Positions 30,944 through 41,194 of a stretch of 64,000 nt of DNA are shown here, piece by piece; the first letter of the stretch is position 1, and every line of letters begins with the position of its first letter. Made by a program: the position numbers and the translations under genes. The notes under the pieces were generated by a model. That model was not told the DNA's origin. It saw only the letters and a program-made list of their open reading frames with translations, and made no database searches. The stretch is from NCBI GenBank assembly GCA_965207885.1, contig OZ242311.1:2880001-2944000 (forward strand). The letters run 5' to 3'. The stretch comes from Candidatus Latescibacterota bacterium (GTDB lineage: Bacteria; Latescibacterota; UBA2968).

Positions 30944-31861
30944 ATGGATCATTCAGACATTTCTTGCCGAATGCCCCCATTGGCTTCCAGCTACTACCTG
31001 GAGAGAATTAGAGACGCCTTTCCAGATCTCATGTGGGCAAATTACCGAAGAGTTCAGACCATTGCCGATCCCGATCATGTAATGATTCTGTTGGACAATG
31101 GCATCGCTTTCCGGTTCGAGAACGATGAGGAAACAAATCTGACGAGGGAGCGGACCGTCCTGGATGCCCTTAGAAGCAACCTGAAGGCAATACCCGTTCC
31201 CGACTATGCATTCGTGCCGAAGGCGTCAGATTTTGCGGGATACCACACAATTCCGGGGACTCGACTTTCGCCGTGGCGGTTTTGGAGACTTTCCAAGGCG
31301 AACCGCAGCGAGGCCGCTCAGAGGCTGGGTGTTTTCATCAGCGAACTCCACAGCTACCCGATCACGAAGGCAAGAAGCCTCGGCGTAGAAGAGGGTGACG
31401 CATCGGTTAGGCGTCGCAGGATGTGGAAGGAGTTATTCGCTGAACGGGCAGACGAGCTTCAATGTGAGGTCCGCAATGTTTTCGAAGCATGGATCGAAAG
31501 AAGTGAAAGCATCAATCATTCATACGAGCCTGTGCTGGCTCATAACGACCTCTGGTACAAACACATCTATCATGATCCCTCGACCGGAAGACTTACTGGG
31601 ATCATAGACTGGGGGGACATCAAAATCACAGATCCCGCTAAGGATTTCTATGGGTTCTGGATATACGGAGAGTCATTCCTCGACGAGGTCTTGTCGCACT
31701 ACGCATACTGTGACGCAAATCTAAAAGACAGATCCTTTGAGCACTTTTGGGGAATCGCAATTAGTAGCTGGTTTAGCCGCCCCCCAGGCGGGAGATTCTT
31801 CAGGCGATCAACGTGGCAAGGTAGGCCGACCTCGGAATGGCCTATGGGGCAGGTGCGTTGA
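30944..31861 (+). CDS. Aminoglycoside phosphotransferase-like kinase
   Basis: HNDLWYKHI, GIIDWGD, DPAKDF. Confidence 0.85.
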   Translation: MDHSDISCRMPPLASSYYLERIRDAFPDLMWANYRRVQTIADPDHVMILLDNGIAFRFENDEETNLTRERTVLDALRSNLKAIPVPDYAFVPKASDFAGYHTIPGTRLSPWRFWRLSKANRSEAAQRLGVFISELHSYPITKARSLGVEEGDASVRRRRMWKELFAERADELQCEVRNVFEAWIERSESINHSYEPVLAHNDLWYKHIYHDPSTGRLTGIIDWGDIKITDPAKDFYGFWIYGESFLDEVLSHYAYCDANLKDRSFEHFWGIAISSWFSRPPGGRFFRRSTWQGRPTSEWPMGQVR

Positions 31862-32075
31862 TGGCAGGTCCCAAGTTTGGTAGACAAACAAATTTACTCT
31901 ACCCTTTCCAAGCTAATTTCGGAAACATCTTACAGATTGCCTGATACGATTACAGCCTTCCACCCCAACCTCCTTTTCATACTCTACCTCAATAATCCCC
32001 AGAGTGCATCCATTATGTTGATTTCATGAGAACTGAAATTGCCAATAACCGAAATCACTTCTTTGGGGCAGACAC

Positions 32076-34562
32076 ATGCTGAAAAATTATCTCAAAATAA
32101 TGCTGAGAAACCTGATAAACCATCGTTTCTACTCAGCTCTGAACATTATCGGATTAGCCATTGGTTTGGCTTGTTGTATCCTGATAGGCCTCTATATCGA
32201 CTATGAATTAGGTTTTGATCAGAACCAAAGGAATCGAGATCAAATTTACAGGGTGATTCGAGAGACTAAAACAGTTGACCAAGCAGCTTTTAGTGAGCGC
32301 ACATTAGGAGGTCTCGTAGAAGTCTTGAATCAGGATGTATATCCTGAAATTTCTGAGGCTTTGCGTATCCATCGCTGGCAAAGAACAATAATTGCTGACA
32401 ATAAGAGAATATACAAACAAGCCTTTTGCCTTACAGACGAGAATGTTCTACAGGTTTTTGACTTTCCACTGATTCAAGGCGATCCCGAAACGGTTCTCTC
32501 AGAACCAGGTTCCGTTTTAATCACTCACAGACTTGCACACAAACTGTTTGGCACTGAAAATCCGATTGGCAAAACCATTCTGATCGAGGAAGACGACAAA
32601 GATTATGCGCATCACGTTACAGGCGTCTTAAAAAATATGCCTGAGCAGACGGCCATTCGGTTCGATATTTTATCGGCGACTAAAAATGGGCGATGGCAAG
32701 AAAAATGGATGGCTTGGAAACCGAGAGGGGGGCGTCCTGTAGAAAGCTATATTTTGCTTAAAGAAGGTTATGATGCGAATCAACTTGAAGGCAAACTTTC
32801 AGATCTGATTCCGAAATACCTGGGCGAAGCAGCTGCAAATAACATTCAATATCATTTGCAGCCCCTAAACCGCATCCATCTATACTCCAATCATGATTAT
32901 GGCATCAAAATTGAGAATCGTGGTACTCCAGAGACCAGTAAACCTCATGGTGACATTCAAAATGTGTATTTGTTTTCTTTGCTTGCTATTTTTATTTTAG
33001 TAATTGCCTGTGTGAATTTTATAAACCTAACAACTGCTCGTGCAATTGGGCGGAAGCGAGAGGTCGGGCTTCGTAAGGTTGTCGGTGCAAACCGATTGCA
33101 ACTCATCACACAATTTTTGGGCGAATCTATATTTTTTGCTTGTATGGCGCTTATCTTGGCTTTGGTGTTGGTAGAATTGGCATTGCCAACTTTCAATTCG
33201 TTTTTTGATCGCGCTATTACACTCAATGTCAACACAACCCAGTTATTGCTCAGCCTTTTCGGTCTTATATTCATCGTCGGTATTCTGGCAGGGAGTTATC
33301 CGGCATTTGTCTTATCGACATTTCGCCCTGTTTCAATGTTGAGAGGTAAATCCGCTACAAACGTCTCTACTCGGCTTCGCAAGAGTTTGGTTGTAGGACA
33401 ATTTGCGCTTGCCATTTTATTGATGGTTGTCACTTGGGGTGTTTACAGTCAACAGAAATTTCTTCGAAATAAGAATCTGGGATTCGACCGCGAGCAGATT
33501 ATTGAAGTTCCAATTTTTGAGGCAGCGAATAGCAACCAGATGATCAATCCCACGCTTTTCAAGAGCCAATACAACGCCATCAAGCAGGCATTCACGACGC
33601 ATCCCAATATTCTCAGAGCAACAACCACCCGTGGCCCTGTTGGAGAAGGAGCAACAGTAGAGACATTCCATCCCGAAGGAAAATCCACGTACAGTATGGA
33701 TGTGATAATCGTGGATGAAGATTTTCTAGATTTCTATGGCATTAAATGCGTATCAGGCCGGAATTTCACGCGATCATATGCCGAAACAACAAACCCGCAA
33801 AGACTGAGGGAAAAATTAGACGAGCAGTTTATCTTGAATGAAACAGCGGTCGAGCAATTGGGTTGGACAAATCCAATAGGGAAACGATTTGCTTGGAAGG
33901 TTGGAGGCACGTTCTACCCAGATGGACTACGCTCCGGGACAGTCGTCGGTGTTGTCAAAGATTTTCATTACAAACCTCTTGACGAAAAAATCGGACGACT
34001 CGTATTGGTTGCAGAATTTCATGAGGCAAGGCTACTATACCTAGAGGTCAAATCTGAAGATTTATCTCAAACACTGGCATTTGTACAAAAAGTCTGGGAA
34101 AGGTATATATCCAATCGTCCATTCACATTTTCTTTTCTTGATGAGAATTTGGATCGAATCTATAAAAATGAAAGAAAATTGAGCTATATTTTTGGTTTCT
34201 TTTCAACCCTTGGTATTTTGATTGCCTGCTTGGGGTTACTTGGGTTGGCCACATTGAGTGCGCAATACCGTACAAAAGAAATCGGCATTCGCAAGGTATT
34301 GGGAGCGTCTGTATCCAATATTGTTATGTTGCTATCCAGTGATTTTGCAAAGTTGGTCGCACTTGCAAATCTCTTGGCCTGGCCGATTGGCTACTATGCC
34401 CTGTGGCAGTGGCTTCAGAATTATGCGTATCGGGTAGATCTTGGATTTGAGTTCTTTATGTTAAGTGGTATCTTGGCTTTCCTTATTGCCATGATCACAG
34501 TGAGTTTCCAGACAATGAAGGCAGCTCGATCAAATCCTGTAGATGCCTTGCGGAATGAATAA
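32076..34562 (+). CDS. ABC transporter permease (MacB/FtsX type)
   Basis: MLKNYLK...NIIGLAIG; REVGLRKVVGA; KEIGIRKVLGAS; NPVDALRNE. Confidence 0.93.
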   Translation: MLKNYLKIMLRNLINHRFYSALNIIGLAIGLACCILIGLYIDYELGFDQNQRNRDQIYRVIRETKTVDQAAFSERTLGGLVEVLNQDVYPEISEALRIHRWQRTIIADNKRIYKQAFCLTDENVLQVFDFPLIQGDPETVLSEPGSVLITHRLAHKLFGTENPIGKTILIEEDDKDYAHHVTGVLKNMPEQTAIRFDILSATKNGRWQEKWMAWKPRGGRPVESYILLKEGYDANQLEGKLSDLIPKYLGEAAANNIQYHLQPLNRIHLYSNHDYGIKIENRGTPETSKPHGDIQNVYLFSLLAIFILVIACVNFINLTTARAIGRKREVGLRKVVGANRLQLITQFLGESIFFACMALILALVLVELALPTFNSFFDRAITLNVNTTQLLLSLFGLIFIVGILAGSYPAFVLSTFRPVSMLRGKSATNVSTRLRKSLVVGQFALAILLMVVTWGVYSQQKFLRNKNLGFDREQIIEVPIFEAANSNQMINPTLFKSQYNAIKQAFTTHPNILRATTTRGPVGEGATVETFHPEGKSTYSMDVIIVDEDFLDFYGIKCVSGRNFTRSYAETTNPQRLREKLDEQFILNETAVEQLGWTNPIGKRFAWKVGGTFYPDGLRSGTVVGVVKDFHYKPLDEKIGRLVLVAEFHEARLLYLEVKSEDLSQTLAFVQKVWERYISNRPFTFSFLDENLDRIYKNERKLSYIFGFFSTLGILIACLGLLGLATLSAQYRTKEIGIRKVLGASVSNIVMLLSSDFAKLVALANLLAWPIGYYALWQWLQNYAYRVDLGFEFFMLSGILAFLIAMITVSFQTMKAARSNPVDALRNE

Positions 34563-34597
34563 AAAAAACATGCTCCTGAAAAATCTCTAAGGAATAC

Positions 34598-35317
34598 ATG
34601 AGCAACCCGAAACCAAGACACGACAGGCCAACTTGGGCAAGTCGAGTTCCAAGAGAAAAAATAGCCCGCCTTTATGCAACTGATGCACAGGGCATAGTAG
34701 ACGAAGAGCTTATTGAAGACGTGGGGATTGGACTCTTCGCTCGTATCGAAAGCATTTTCAAAGCACGAGAAGCCAGTGCTGGACGAGCAAGATGTCCATT
34801 ATGTGATCGCCAGATAGACCACGACGGTATGAAGGATACGATTCTGAGATGCGAATCGTGCAACTGGGAACTCACCTGGGGCGAGTATCATAAAGCCAAA
34901 CAAGGTAAGCATCTTGCTGCCTCTGGTCTCACGGTCTTTCTCCAAGAGTTCCTCCAGAAATACCAGACTGCGAGATCTCCAAAAGAGAAGATGGTCCTCA
35001 TAGACACCTTGATTCATAGGTATCATTGGGAACTTGAGGGAGGACTGACTCGGCCTGGAGCCACAGATTTAATTGGAGGAAGACAGCATGAAATTATAGA
35101 TTTTCTAAACAAGCTTTCATATGGCGAAAAGAGTAGCCCTGAAATCTTAGCCAATAGAGCAGAATGGATTCAGAAGGTTAAAAAAAGCCAACAGCATCGC
35201 AAAACAAAAAGAGAGGAACGGCAGAAAAAAAAGGAAGAGCGGGAGAGAAAGAAGAACTTAAAGAGAAAAGTTAGACAACAGATGTTGGCGCACAGGGACA
35301 AATCGAGTAAGTCATGA
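34598..35317 (+). CDS. Hypothetical protein with CxxC...CxxC zinc ribbon and basic C-terminal tail
   Basis: CPLC, CESC; K/R/E-rich tail. Confidence 0.7.
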   Translation: MSNPKPRHDRPTWASRVPREKIARLYATDAQGIVDEELIEDVGIGLFARIESIFKAREASAGRARCPLCDRQIDHDGMKDTILRCESCNWELTWGEYHKAKQGKHLAASGLTVFLQEFLQKYQTARSPKEKMVLIDTLIHRYHWELEGGLTRPGATDLIGGRQHEIIDFLNKLSYGEKSSPEILANRAEWIQKVKKSQQHRKTKREERQKKKEERERKKNLKRKVRQQMLAHRDKSSKS

Positions 35318-35352
35318 TTTTCCACCGAGTTGTGTTCAGTCGGGGGTGAATC

Positions 35353-35494
35353 TGAAGAACTGAGTCGCATCAGTCCGGAATTCTGCAATGACCCATACAG
35401 TGGTGAAGTAATGCGTGAATGCTCCGTTACGACGATTGCATACGATGGCAACCAATATCGACTCGATGCTGTTGGGGCTATGCACCACCTATAA
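35353..35494 (+). pseudogene. Duplicated 3' fragment of the histidine phosphatase gene
   Basis: 35353-35481 matches 26223-26351 (about 123/129), then reads GAMHHL-stop. Confidence 0.9.
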
Positions 35495-35583
35495 TCCTCT
35501 TGTTTATCCCAACGGATAGCGCTATTTTTTCATACTATTGGCTGAGGTTATACCACCAGGCAGATTGAAAATGGAGTAAATGT

Positions 35584-35811
35584 ATGACAAATTGGGAAAC
35601 ATGCGATGCGGTTGAGCGCCATCCCAAAAAGGTCAGTGGAGCCTGGATATTTCGTGGCACTCGGGTTCCTGTATCCGCGCTTTTCGAGAATCTCAAAGAT
35701 GGGGCTTCGATTGAGCAGTTTCTGGAATGGTTCCCCGGCGTAAAACGATGGCAGATCGAAACGGTTCTCGATCACGAAGTGAAGGCGTTGGCGGGCTCTG
35801 TTGATTCATGA
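35584..35811 (+). CDS. DUF433 family antitoxin
   Basis: SGAWIFRGTRVPVSALFENL...IEQFLEWFP. Confidence 0.88.
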   Translation: MTNWETCDAVERHPKKVSGAWIFRGTRVPVSALFENLKDGASIEQFLEWFPGVKRWQIETVLDHEVKALAGSVDS

Positions 35812-36125
35812 GAATTCTATTTGATCAGGGCACCCCCGTGCCTCTTCGACGATATCTGTCAAATCACTCGGTCGATACCGCCTTTGAGCGGGGATGGTCC
35901 CACCTTCAAAATAGCGAGTTGCTTCAGGCGAGTGAGCAGGATGACTACCAACTCTTGATCTCTACAGACCAAAATCTTCGATACCAACAGAATCTGTCCG
36001 GCAGACAGCTGGCGATCATCGTTCTGCTTTCGACTTCATGGCCACGAATCCAGTTGCGAATTGATGACATCCAGGCTGCTGTTGATAAAATAGCTCTAGG
36101 TGACTACATAGAGATTCCAATCTGA
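35808..36125 (+). CDS. DUF5615/PIN-like toxin
   Basis: MRILFDQGTP...LISTDQNLRYQQNL; ATGA overlap with the DUF433 gene. Confidence 0.85.
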   Translation: MRILFDQGTPVPLRRYLSNHSVDTAFERGWSHLQNSELLQASEQDDYQLLISTDQNLRYQQNLSGRQLAIIVLLSTSWPRIQLRIDDIQAAVDKIALGDYIEIPI

Positions 36126-36413
36126 GGCTGTGGCGATCATAGACGCGGCAAATTTTTTCGGTTCCCGCTGGACGACCTATCTGGCGGGATTTCTGCAAGT
36201 GTTGTTCGTCCGCTCCCCACCCCAGGCTGGCACAGCACACAACAAGACGGTTGCAAGTTGCGCTCCCTTCGGTCGCTCCAACCCAAGTGGCCGTGAGTGA
36301 TGGGTTGGCTGATGGGAAACAGGTGATCTGTTTCCTGATGCATTGCCACTTAGGCAACCGCAGGCCGTTACCTGCAATGCGCCGCTACGGCCAGTCCTGG
36401 GCCGAGAAAACCA

Positions 36414-37392
36414 ATGGAACCACGCTATCCCAGATATAGAGACGAAACGGGCCCGCTGCCTGATCAGCCAGAAATTATGGATCTCTGCAAGCGATTCTGG
36501 GATCTGGAAGTAACCAGCGTCCGCAGGGCGAATTCGCGGTGCGTCTTCTTTTGTGATAGTCTGCGGGACGGACGCGTTGTGTTCCGCGTGAATCCGGGAT
36601 GGGACGGCTCGACCCATCCCAAAACCATTGTGGAGTTTGTGCGACACCTTGCCGATCGCGGCGCGCCGTGTCCTGACATCCGTCCAACCACGGATGGTAG
36701 CCTCTACAAGTCCGTTCGAGACCTGGTGATTTCGGTGGAGAGCTTCTTGGAAGGAGAGGTCGTAGATCGCGTCGATACTCTCCGCAACGTGGGGGAGGCT
36801 CTCGCACGGGTTCACGATGCGAGCGAAGACTTTCCAGCCTACCTTTCAGAAGTCAAAAATGCGCAGGAGTACATCTCTGATGCTCTCGAGTATTGCGAGA
36901 GGACGACATTCTCGTCGGCCGCGGCAGATGCGGTCACTCGGCTTCGAGCACAGTTGAATAACACGCCGAACAAGATGGACGTTCGTTGGCTCTTCTGTCG
37001 TAGAGATGTGCGAAGTTGGAACACGATTGCTTCCCCGTCAGGTGAGGTCCGATTCACCGACTTCAATTCGGCTCACTTCGCTCCGGCGCTTGAGGATGTA
37101 GTGATGGTCCGGATGCAATGGCTGATGGGGACCGTGGGGCGACAGCTTACAGATGAGGAAATGCAGCGGTTCGTGGAGGGGTACTTTTCAGTCCGGCCTC
37201 CCTCAGATGATGAACGTACCGCACTCCCCTTCATCTTCGCGGCCTACTTATGCCAAGCGCCTCTGCCAGCTCCACCGGAAATGGGGGCCGAAGTCGCCTA
37301 ATCGGAGAACCTGGGGATTGGAAGACCGAATACTCGCTCTCCCTGATGCGGCGATTCGTATGGGCGAGGCTGCAATCGAAGGCATAGATTGA
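36414..37392 (+). pseudogene. Phosphotransferase (APH-like), frameshifted near 37248
   Basis: GEALARVH, RDVRSWN, FTDF; GCC TAC T TAT GCC has one extra T, and the other frame continues YAKRLCQLH... to 37392. Confidence 0.7.
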
Positions 37393-37485
37393 AAGGCGAG
37401 AATCAGCCAATCCGATGCTCGCCGTCCCCCAACCGCTTCGTGGTTCGGGAGTAATGAAACGTTATGTGACATAGGAATAGGCGAG

Positions 37486-38001
37486 TTGGAACACGCACAT
37501 CCACGAAAACCTTGGCCAACGATCCGATCGGCCGCTGCGGTGGACGCCGAAGTCGTCACACGTATATATATCGATTCGTGGAATGCAGGATTCGGCGAAC
37601 TCATCGAGCAGTCCAATCGCATCGTCACATCAGAACTTGTTGAGCGTTGGCGCGGCGATCTTGCGAAGTCTGCCCCGCACCGGTGGTGGGTCGCAGAGCA
37701 TACGGGTAAGGTTGTCGGTTTTGTCGGCATCGGTCCCAGCCGCGATCCCGTTGACGCCACATTAGGGGAACTCGATACCATCGCCATTGACCCCTCGTAT
37801 TGGCGCCTCGGCATCGGCAAGGCGTTGGCCTCGCTCGCGTTTCGTCATCTCGTTGCCGACGGTTATAATGAAGCGATAGTTTGGACTGTTAAGGGTTATG
37901 AACGCGGGATCGCCTTCTACGAGGCGATGGGGTGGAAACGTGATGGCGGTGTTCGAGACAACGGACGCCAAATCCGGCTCCGTCGCCCATTGTCTATCTA
38001 G
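37486..38001 (+). CDS. GNAT family N-acetyltransferase
   Basis: IDPSYWRLGIGKAL; AFYEAMGW. Confidence 0.88.
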   Translation: MEHAHPRKPWPTIRSAAAVDAEVVTRIYIDSWNAGFGELIEQSNRIVTSELVERWRGDLAKSAPHRWWVAEHTGKVVGFVGIGPSRDPVDATLGELDTIAIDPSYWRLGIGKALASLAFRHLVADGYNEAIVWTVKGYERGIAFYEAMGWKRDGGVRDNGRQIRLRRPLSI

Positions 38002-38064
38002 ATTACCGCTCCAATGGATAGTGGAGGAGTAAATGCAAATCGACATCATAAAGAAGCGTGTTCA

Positions 38065-39192
38065 ATGATTATGATAGATTGTGATTTTCCGGGTGGGAAT
38101 ATTATCGCTGAGCGAATTGACGGTGATGATGTGTTTCTTCGGCAGGATCTGCGCGATACGGATCGCGACTGGTTCTACTGGTATTTTCGGGTGCGTGGCG
38201 CAGCAGGCCGAACCGTACGGTTTCACTTTACCGGCAGCAATGTGATTGGCACGCGTGGTCCTGGGATGAGTGAAGACGGTGGGGTGACGTGGCGCTGGTT
38301 GGGTAATGATGCGGTGGATGGACAGTCGTTTGTGTATGCGTTTGCGAATGATGCGGATGATGTGCGGTTCAGTTTTGGGATGCCGTATGTGCAGGCCGAT
38401 CTGGACCGATTTTTGGCGTCGTATGTGGATTCGGACTATCTGGTGGCTGAGACGTTGTGCGAGACGCGCAAAGGACGTGATGTTGAGATGTTGTATGTGG
38501 GGAGGCTGGACGGTGGAGCGGATCTGCGCGTGTTGATTGCGGCGCGACACCACTGCTGTGAGATGATGCAGTCGTACGTGCTGGAAGGCATGATGGCGGC
38601 GATACTTGGTGAGGGTGATTTGGGGCGTTGGTTTCAGGGACGGGTTGAATGTCTGGTGATTCCGTTTGTGGATAAAGACGGTGTGGAGGATGGCGATCAG
38701 GGGAAAAATCGGAAGCCGAGGGATCACAACCGGGATTATGTCGGGGAGAGTGTGCATATTGAAACGGCTGTGATTCGAGAAAGGGTGCCGGATTGGAGCG
38801 CGGGCAAACTGAAGGTAGCGATTGATCTGCACTGTCCGTGGATTCGTAGTAATCGAAATGAGACGATTTATCTGGTGGGGTCTGAGTCAGAAGCCCCCTG
38901 GCAGGAACAGATTCGGTTTTCGCATATTTTGGAAGCGGAACGAACGGGAAGCTTGCCCTTTTTTGCAGCGGATAATTTGCCCTTTGGCGTGGAGTGGAAT
39001 ACGGCAGAGAATTATGCAGCTGGCAAGAGCTTTGGTCGGTGGGCGGATGAATTGCCGGGCGTTCAATTGGCAACGGCAATTGAGTTTCCCTATGCCAATG
39101 TGGGCGATCTGGATACGAGTCCAGAACTGGCGCGTGTATTTGGACGCGATCTGGCTGCAGCGTTGAAGGTGTATTTGGAGACGATGGTGTGA
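38065..39192 (+). CDS. M14-type zinc carboxypeptidase-like protein
   Basis: DFPGGN, WFYWYF, ARHHCCE, DHNRDY, IDLHCP. Confidence 0.85.
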   Translation: MIMIDCDFPGGNIIAERIDGDDVFLRQDLRDTDRDWFYWYFRVRGAAGRTVRFHFTGSNVIGTRGPGMSEDGGVTWRWLGNDAVDGQSFVYAFANDADDVRFSFGMPYVQADLDRFLASYVDSDYLVAETLCETRKGRDVEMLYVGRLDGGADLRVLIAARHHCCEMMQSYVLEGMMAAILGEGDLGRWFQGRVECLVIPFVDKDGVEDGDQGKNRKPRDHNRDYVGESVHIETAVIRERVPDWSAGKLKVAIDLHCPWIRSNRNETIYLVGSESEAPWQEQIRFSHILEAERTGSLPFFAADNLPFGVEWNTAENYAAGKSFGRWADELPGVQLATAIEFPYANVGDLDTSPELARVFGRDLAAALKVYLETMV

Positions 39193-39239
39193 TGGTGCGA
39201 TCGCGTTGGCGAGTTGGCCCCATCGAGGTGCTGCTGACA

Positions 39240-39647
39240 ATGCAGATTACATATCAGGACACTACCGACGGAATTGGATCAGATAATCTAAAGGGGTTCT
39301 TTGTCGGATGGCCTAACCCTCCCTCCCCCGAGGCGCATCTAAGAATCTTAAAGGGAAGCGACCACGTGGTTCTTGCAGTTTCTTCTGAGGGGAAGGTGAT
39401 TGGCTTCATCAGCGCCATATCGGACGGTGTTTCGTGCGCCTATATCCCACATCTTGAGATGCTGCCGGAATGGCAAGGGAAAGGCATCGGATCGGATCTG
39501 GTCAGACGCATGATTCGAAAACTCAAAGATCTCTACATGATTGACCTGATCTGTGACCAGAAGGTCCAGAGATTCTACGAGAGACTTGGATTCGAGAAAG
39601 CTCGTGGAATGATCGTGAGGAACTTTGAGCAACAAGCGTGCGACTGA
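39240..39647 (+). CDS. GNAT family N-acetyltransferase
   Basis: LPEWQGKGIG; FYERLGF. Confidence 0.9.
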   Translation: MQITYQDTTDGIGSDNLKGFFVGWPNPPSPEAHLRILKGSDHVVLAVSSEGKVIGFISAISDGVSCAYIPHLEMLPEWQGKGIGSDLVRRMIRKLKDLYMIDLICDQKVQRFYERLGFEKARGMIVRNFEQQACD

Positions 39648-39759
39648 GCCACACCTCAAATCTTTCTGAGCAACCCGAATCCCTCTTTCTTGAAATGGTG
39701 GGCCACATGGACATTAGACTCTCTCTTGAGGTTTTCACAATACGACGGACCGTTTAACG

Positions 39760-40164
39760 ATGCCATCACATTACGTAAAAGCAGGCGTTGCCGGAGTGAT
39801 TCTCAGAGGCAACCAAATTGTAATGGTTCGCCGTAAATACGGGACACATAAAGGGAAGTGGTGTATCCCTTGCGGGAATGTTGAGGTTGGTGAGGACGTC
39901 CGAACTGCCGTGAGGCGCGAGATTAAAGAAGAGACTGGTCTGGATGTGGAAGTTGGTGACGTCGTGGACGTGCTCTCGACTCATCACTCGCCTGAGCGGA
40001 GTGTGGTAGGAGTATGGTTTCTCGTCAAAGAAAAGGGCGGTAATCTGGTCGCAGGGGACGATGCCGCTGAAGTCCAGCTATTCTCTCTTGAGGAGCCGCC
40101 AACAGATATGGCATTTGAGGCGGATAGGAAGATAATTGAGCGACTGAAAACCACGAGTTTGTGA
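39760..40164 (+). CDS. NUDIX hydrolase (copy 2)
   Basis: 131/134 aa identical to 29347-29751. Confidence 0.92.
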   Translation: MPSHYVKAGVAGVILRGNQIVMVRRKYGTHKGKWCIPCGNVEVGEDVRTAVRREIKEETGLDVEVGDVVDVLSTHHSPERSVVGVWFLVKEKGGNLVAGDDAAEVQLFSLEEPPTDMAFEADRKIIERLKTTSL

Positions 40165-40183
40165 AGGTCTCACGAGACCGAAG

Positions 40184-41167
40184 ATGAAATCATTCTTAAT
40201 ATTGATCCTGGCTATTTTTACGATTGCTTGCGTGTCAGATGGCTTGTTTGCTGGAGAGTCTCAAATGCGTGAGATTATTGTCAGTTGCCCTGATGAAAAT
40301 AACATACTACAACTCTATCACATCAAGGAGGACGGTTCATCCAGGCGCAAAATTACAAATTCCAATCATGAATGTATGATGCCTGCCGTGTCTCCTGACG
40401 GCAGTAAAATTGTATTTGTGCAACAGAGCGAAAAAGGAATGGCTCTTTGGATCTCCAACTTTGATGGCAGAAACCAGAAAGTACTCACAGAATCGGGGAG
40501 AAATTTGATACCTTCCTGGTTTCCTGATTCTAAACACATTGTATGGATGATATTCAAACCAGGAAAAGATCCCGCTGAAAACAGCCAGTTGCACATCATG
40601 AACACTGAGACCAGAGAATCAAGGCGATTGTTCAGCGATCCTCAACAAATTAAGTTCAGCAATTCGATGGCCGTTGTCTCGCCGAAAGGAACAAAGGTGG
40701 CCTTTGTTTCAAATCGAAGCGGCAACTATAGGGTTTGGTTGAGCAATCTCGATGGCAGTGATGCCAAACCAATTTCACCAACGTCTGCTGAACATGACGG
40801 GATCCTCAAGCTTCCCATCGAACAAAAAGTCCCTGCCTGGTCACCGGATGGCAAGTGGATCGCCCATTGGGAAGGTGTGGAGATGATCCATATGAGCAAA
40901 TTCACAGGGAGACAAGATCGCGAAAGAGACAAGCTGATCGGTGAAACCTGGAATGTATGGGTTGTCGATAGTAATGGAAATAATAAGCGAAAAGCAGGGC
41001 GTGGTGATGATCCCACATGGTCTCCCGATGGATTTGTGACTCGGGCTTTTCCAGATCCTAAAAAAGGCGGCCCGAAAATCATGGTTGAAACCAGGTCCGG
41101 GTGGAAGGAGTTACCGATCAAGCCTCCAAAAACGCCTCGATATGGTCGATTCGCTTGGAAGCCGTGA
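40184..41167 (+). CDS. TolB-like PD40-repeat secreted protein
   Basis: Signal peptide; repeated PAVSPDG/PAWSPDG motifs. Confidence 0.85.
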   Translation: MKSFLILILAIFTIACVSDGLFAGESQMREIIVSCPDENNILQLYHIKEDGSSRRKITNSNHECMMPAVSPDGSKIVFVQQSEKGMALWISNFDGRNQKVLTESGRNLIPSWFPDSKHIVWMIFKPGKDPAENSQLHIMNTETRESRRLFSDPQQIKFSNSMAVVSPKGTKVAFVSNRSGNYRVWLSNLDGSDAKPISPTSAEHDGILKLPIEQKVPAWSPDGKWIAHWEGVEMIHMSKFTGRQDRERDKLIGETWNVWVVDSNGNNKRKAGRGDDPTWSPDGFVTRAFPDPKKGGPKIMVETRSGWKELPIKPPKTPRYGRFAWKP

Positions 41168-41194
41168 TGGAACTCTTTATCGGAGGAGCAGTTA

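Noticed and set aside
26223-35481. Diversity-generating retroelement VR/TR pair
   Set aside because: The mismatches are ordinary transitions (A/G and C/T), not adenine-specific, and no reverse transcriptase is in the window.
38062-39223. Long minus-strand ORFs (256 and 284 aa)
   Set aside because: Antisense shadows of the G/T-rich M14 gene with biased composition and no motifs.
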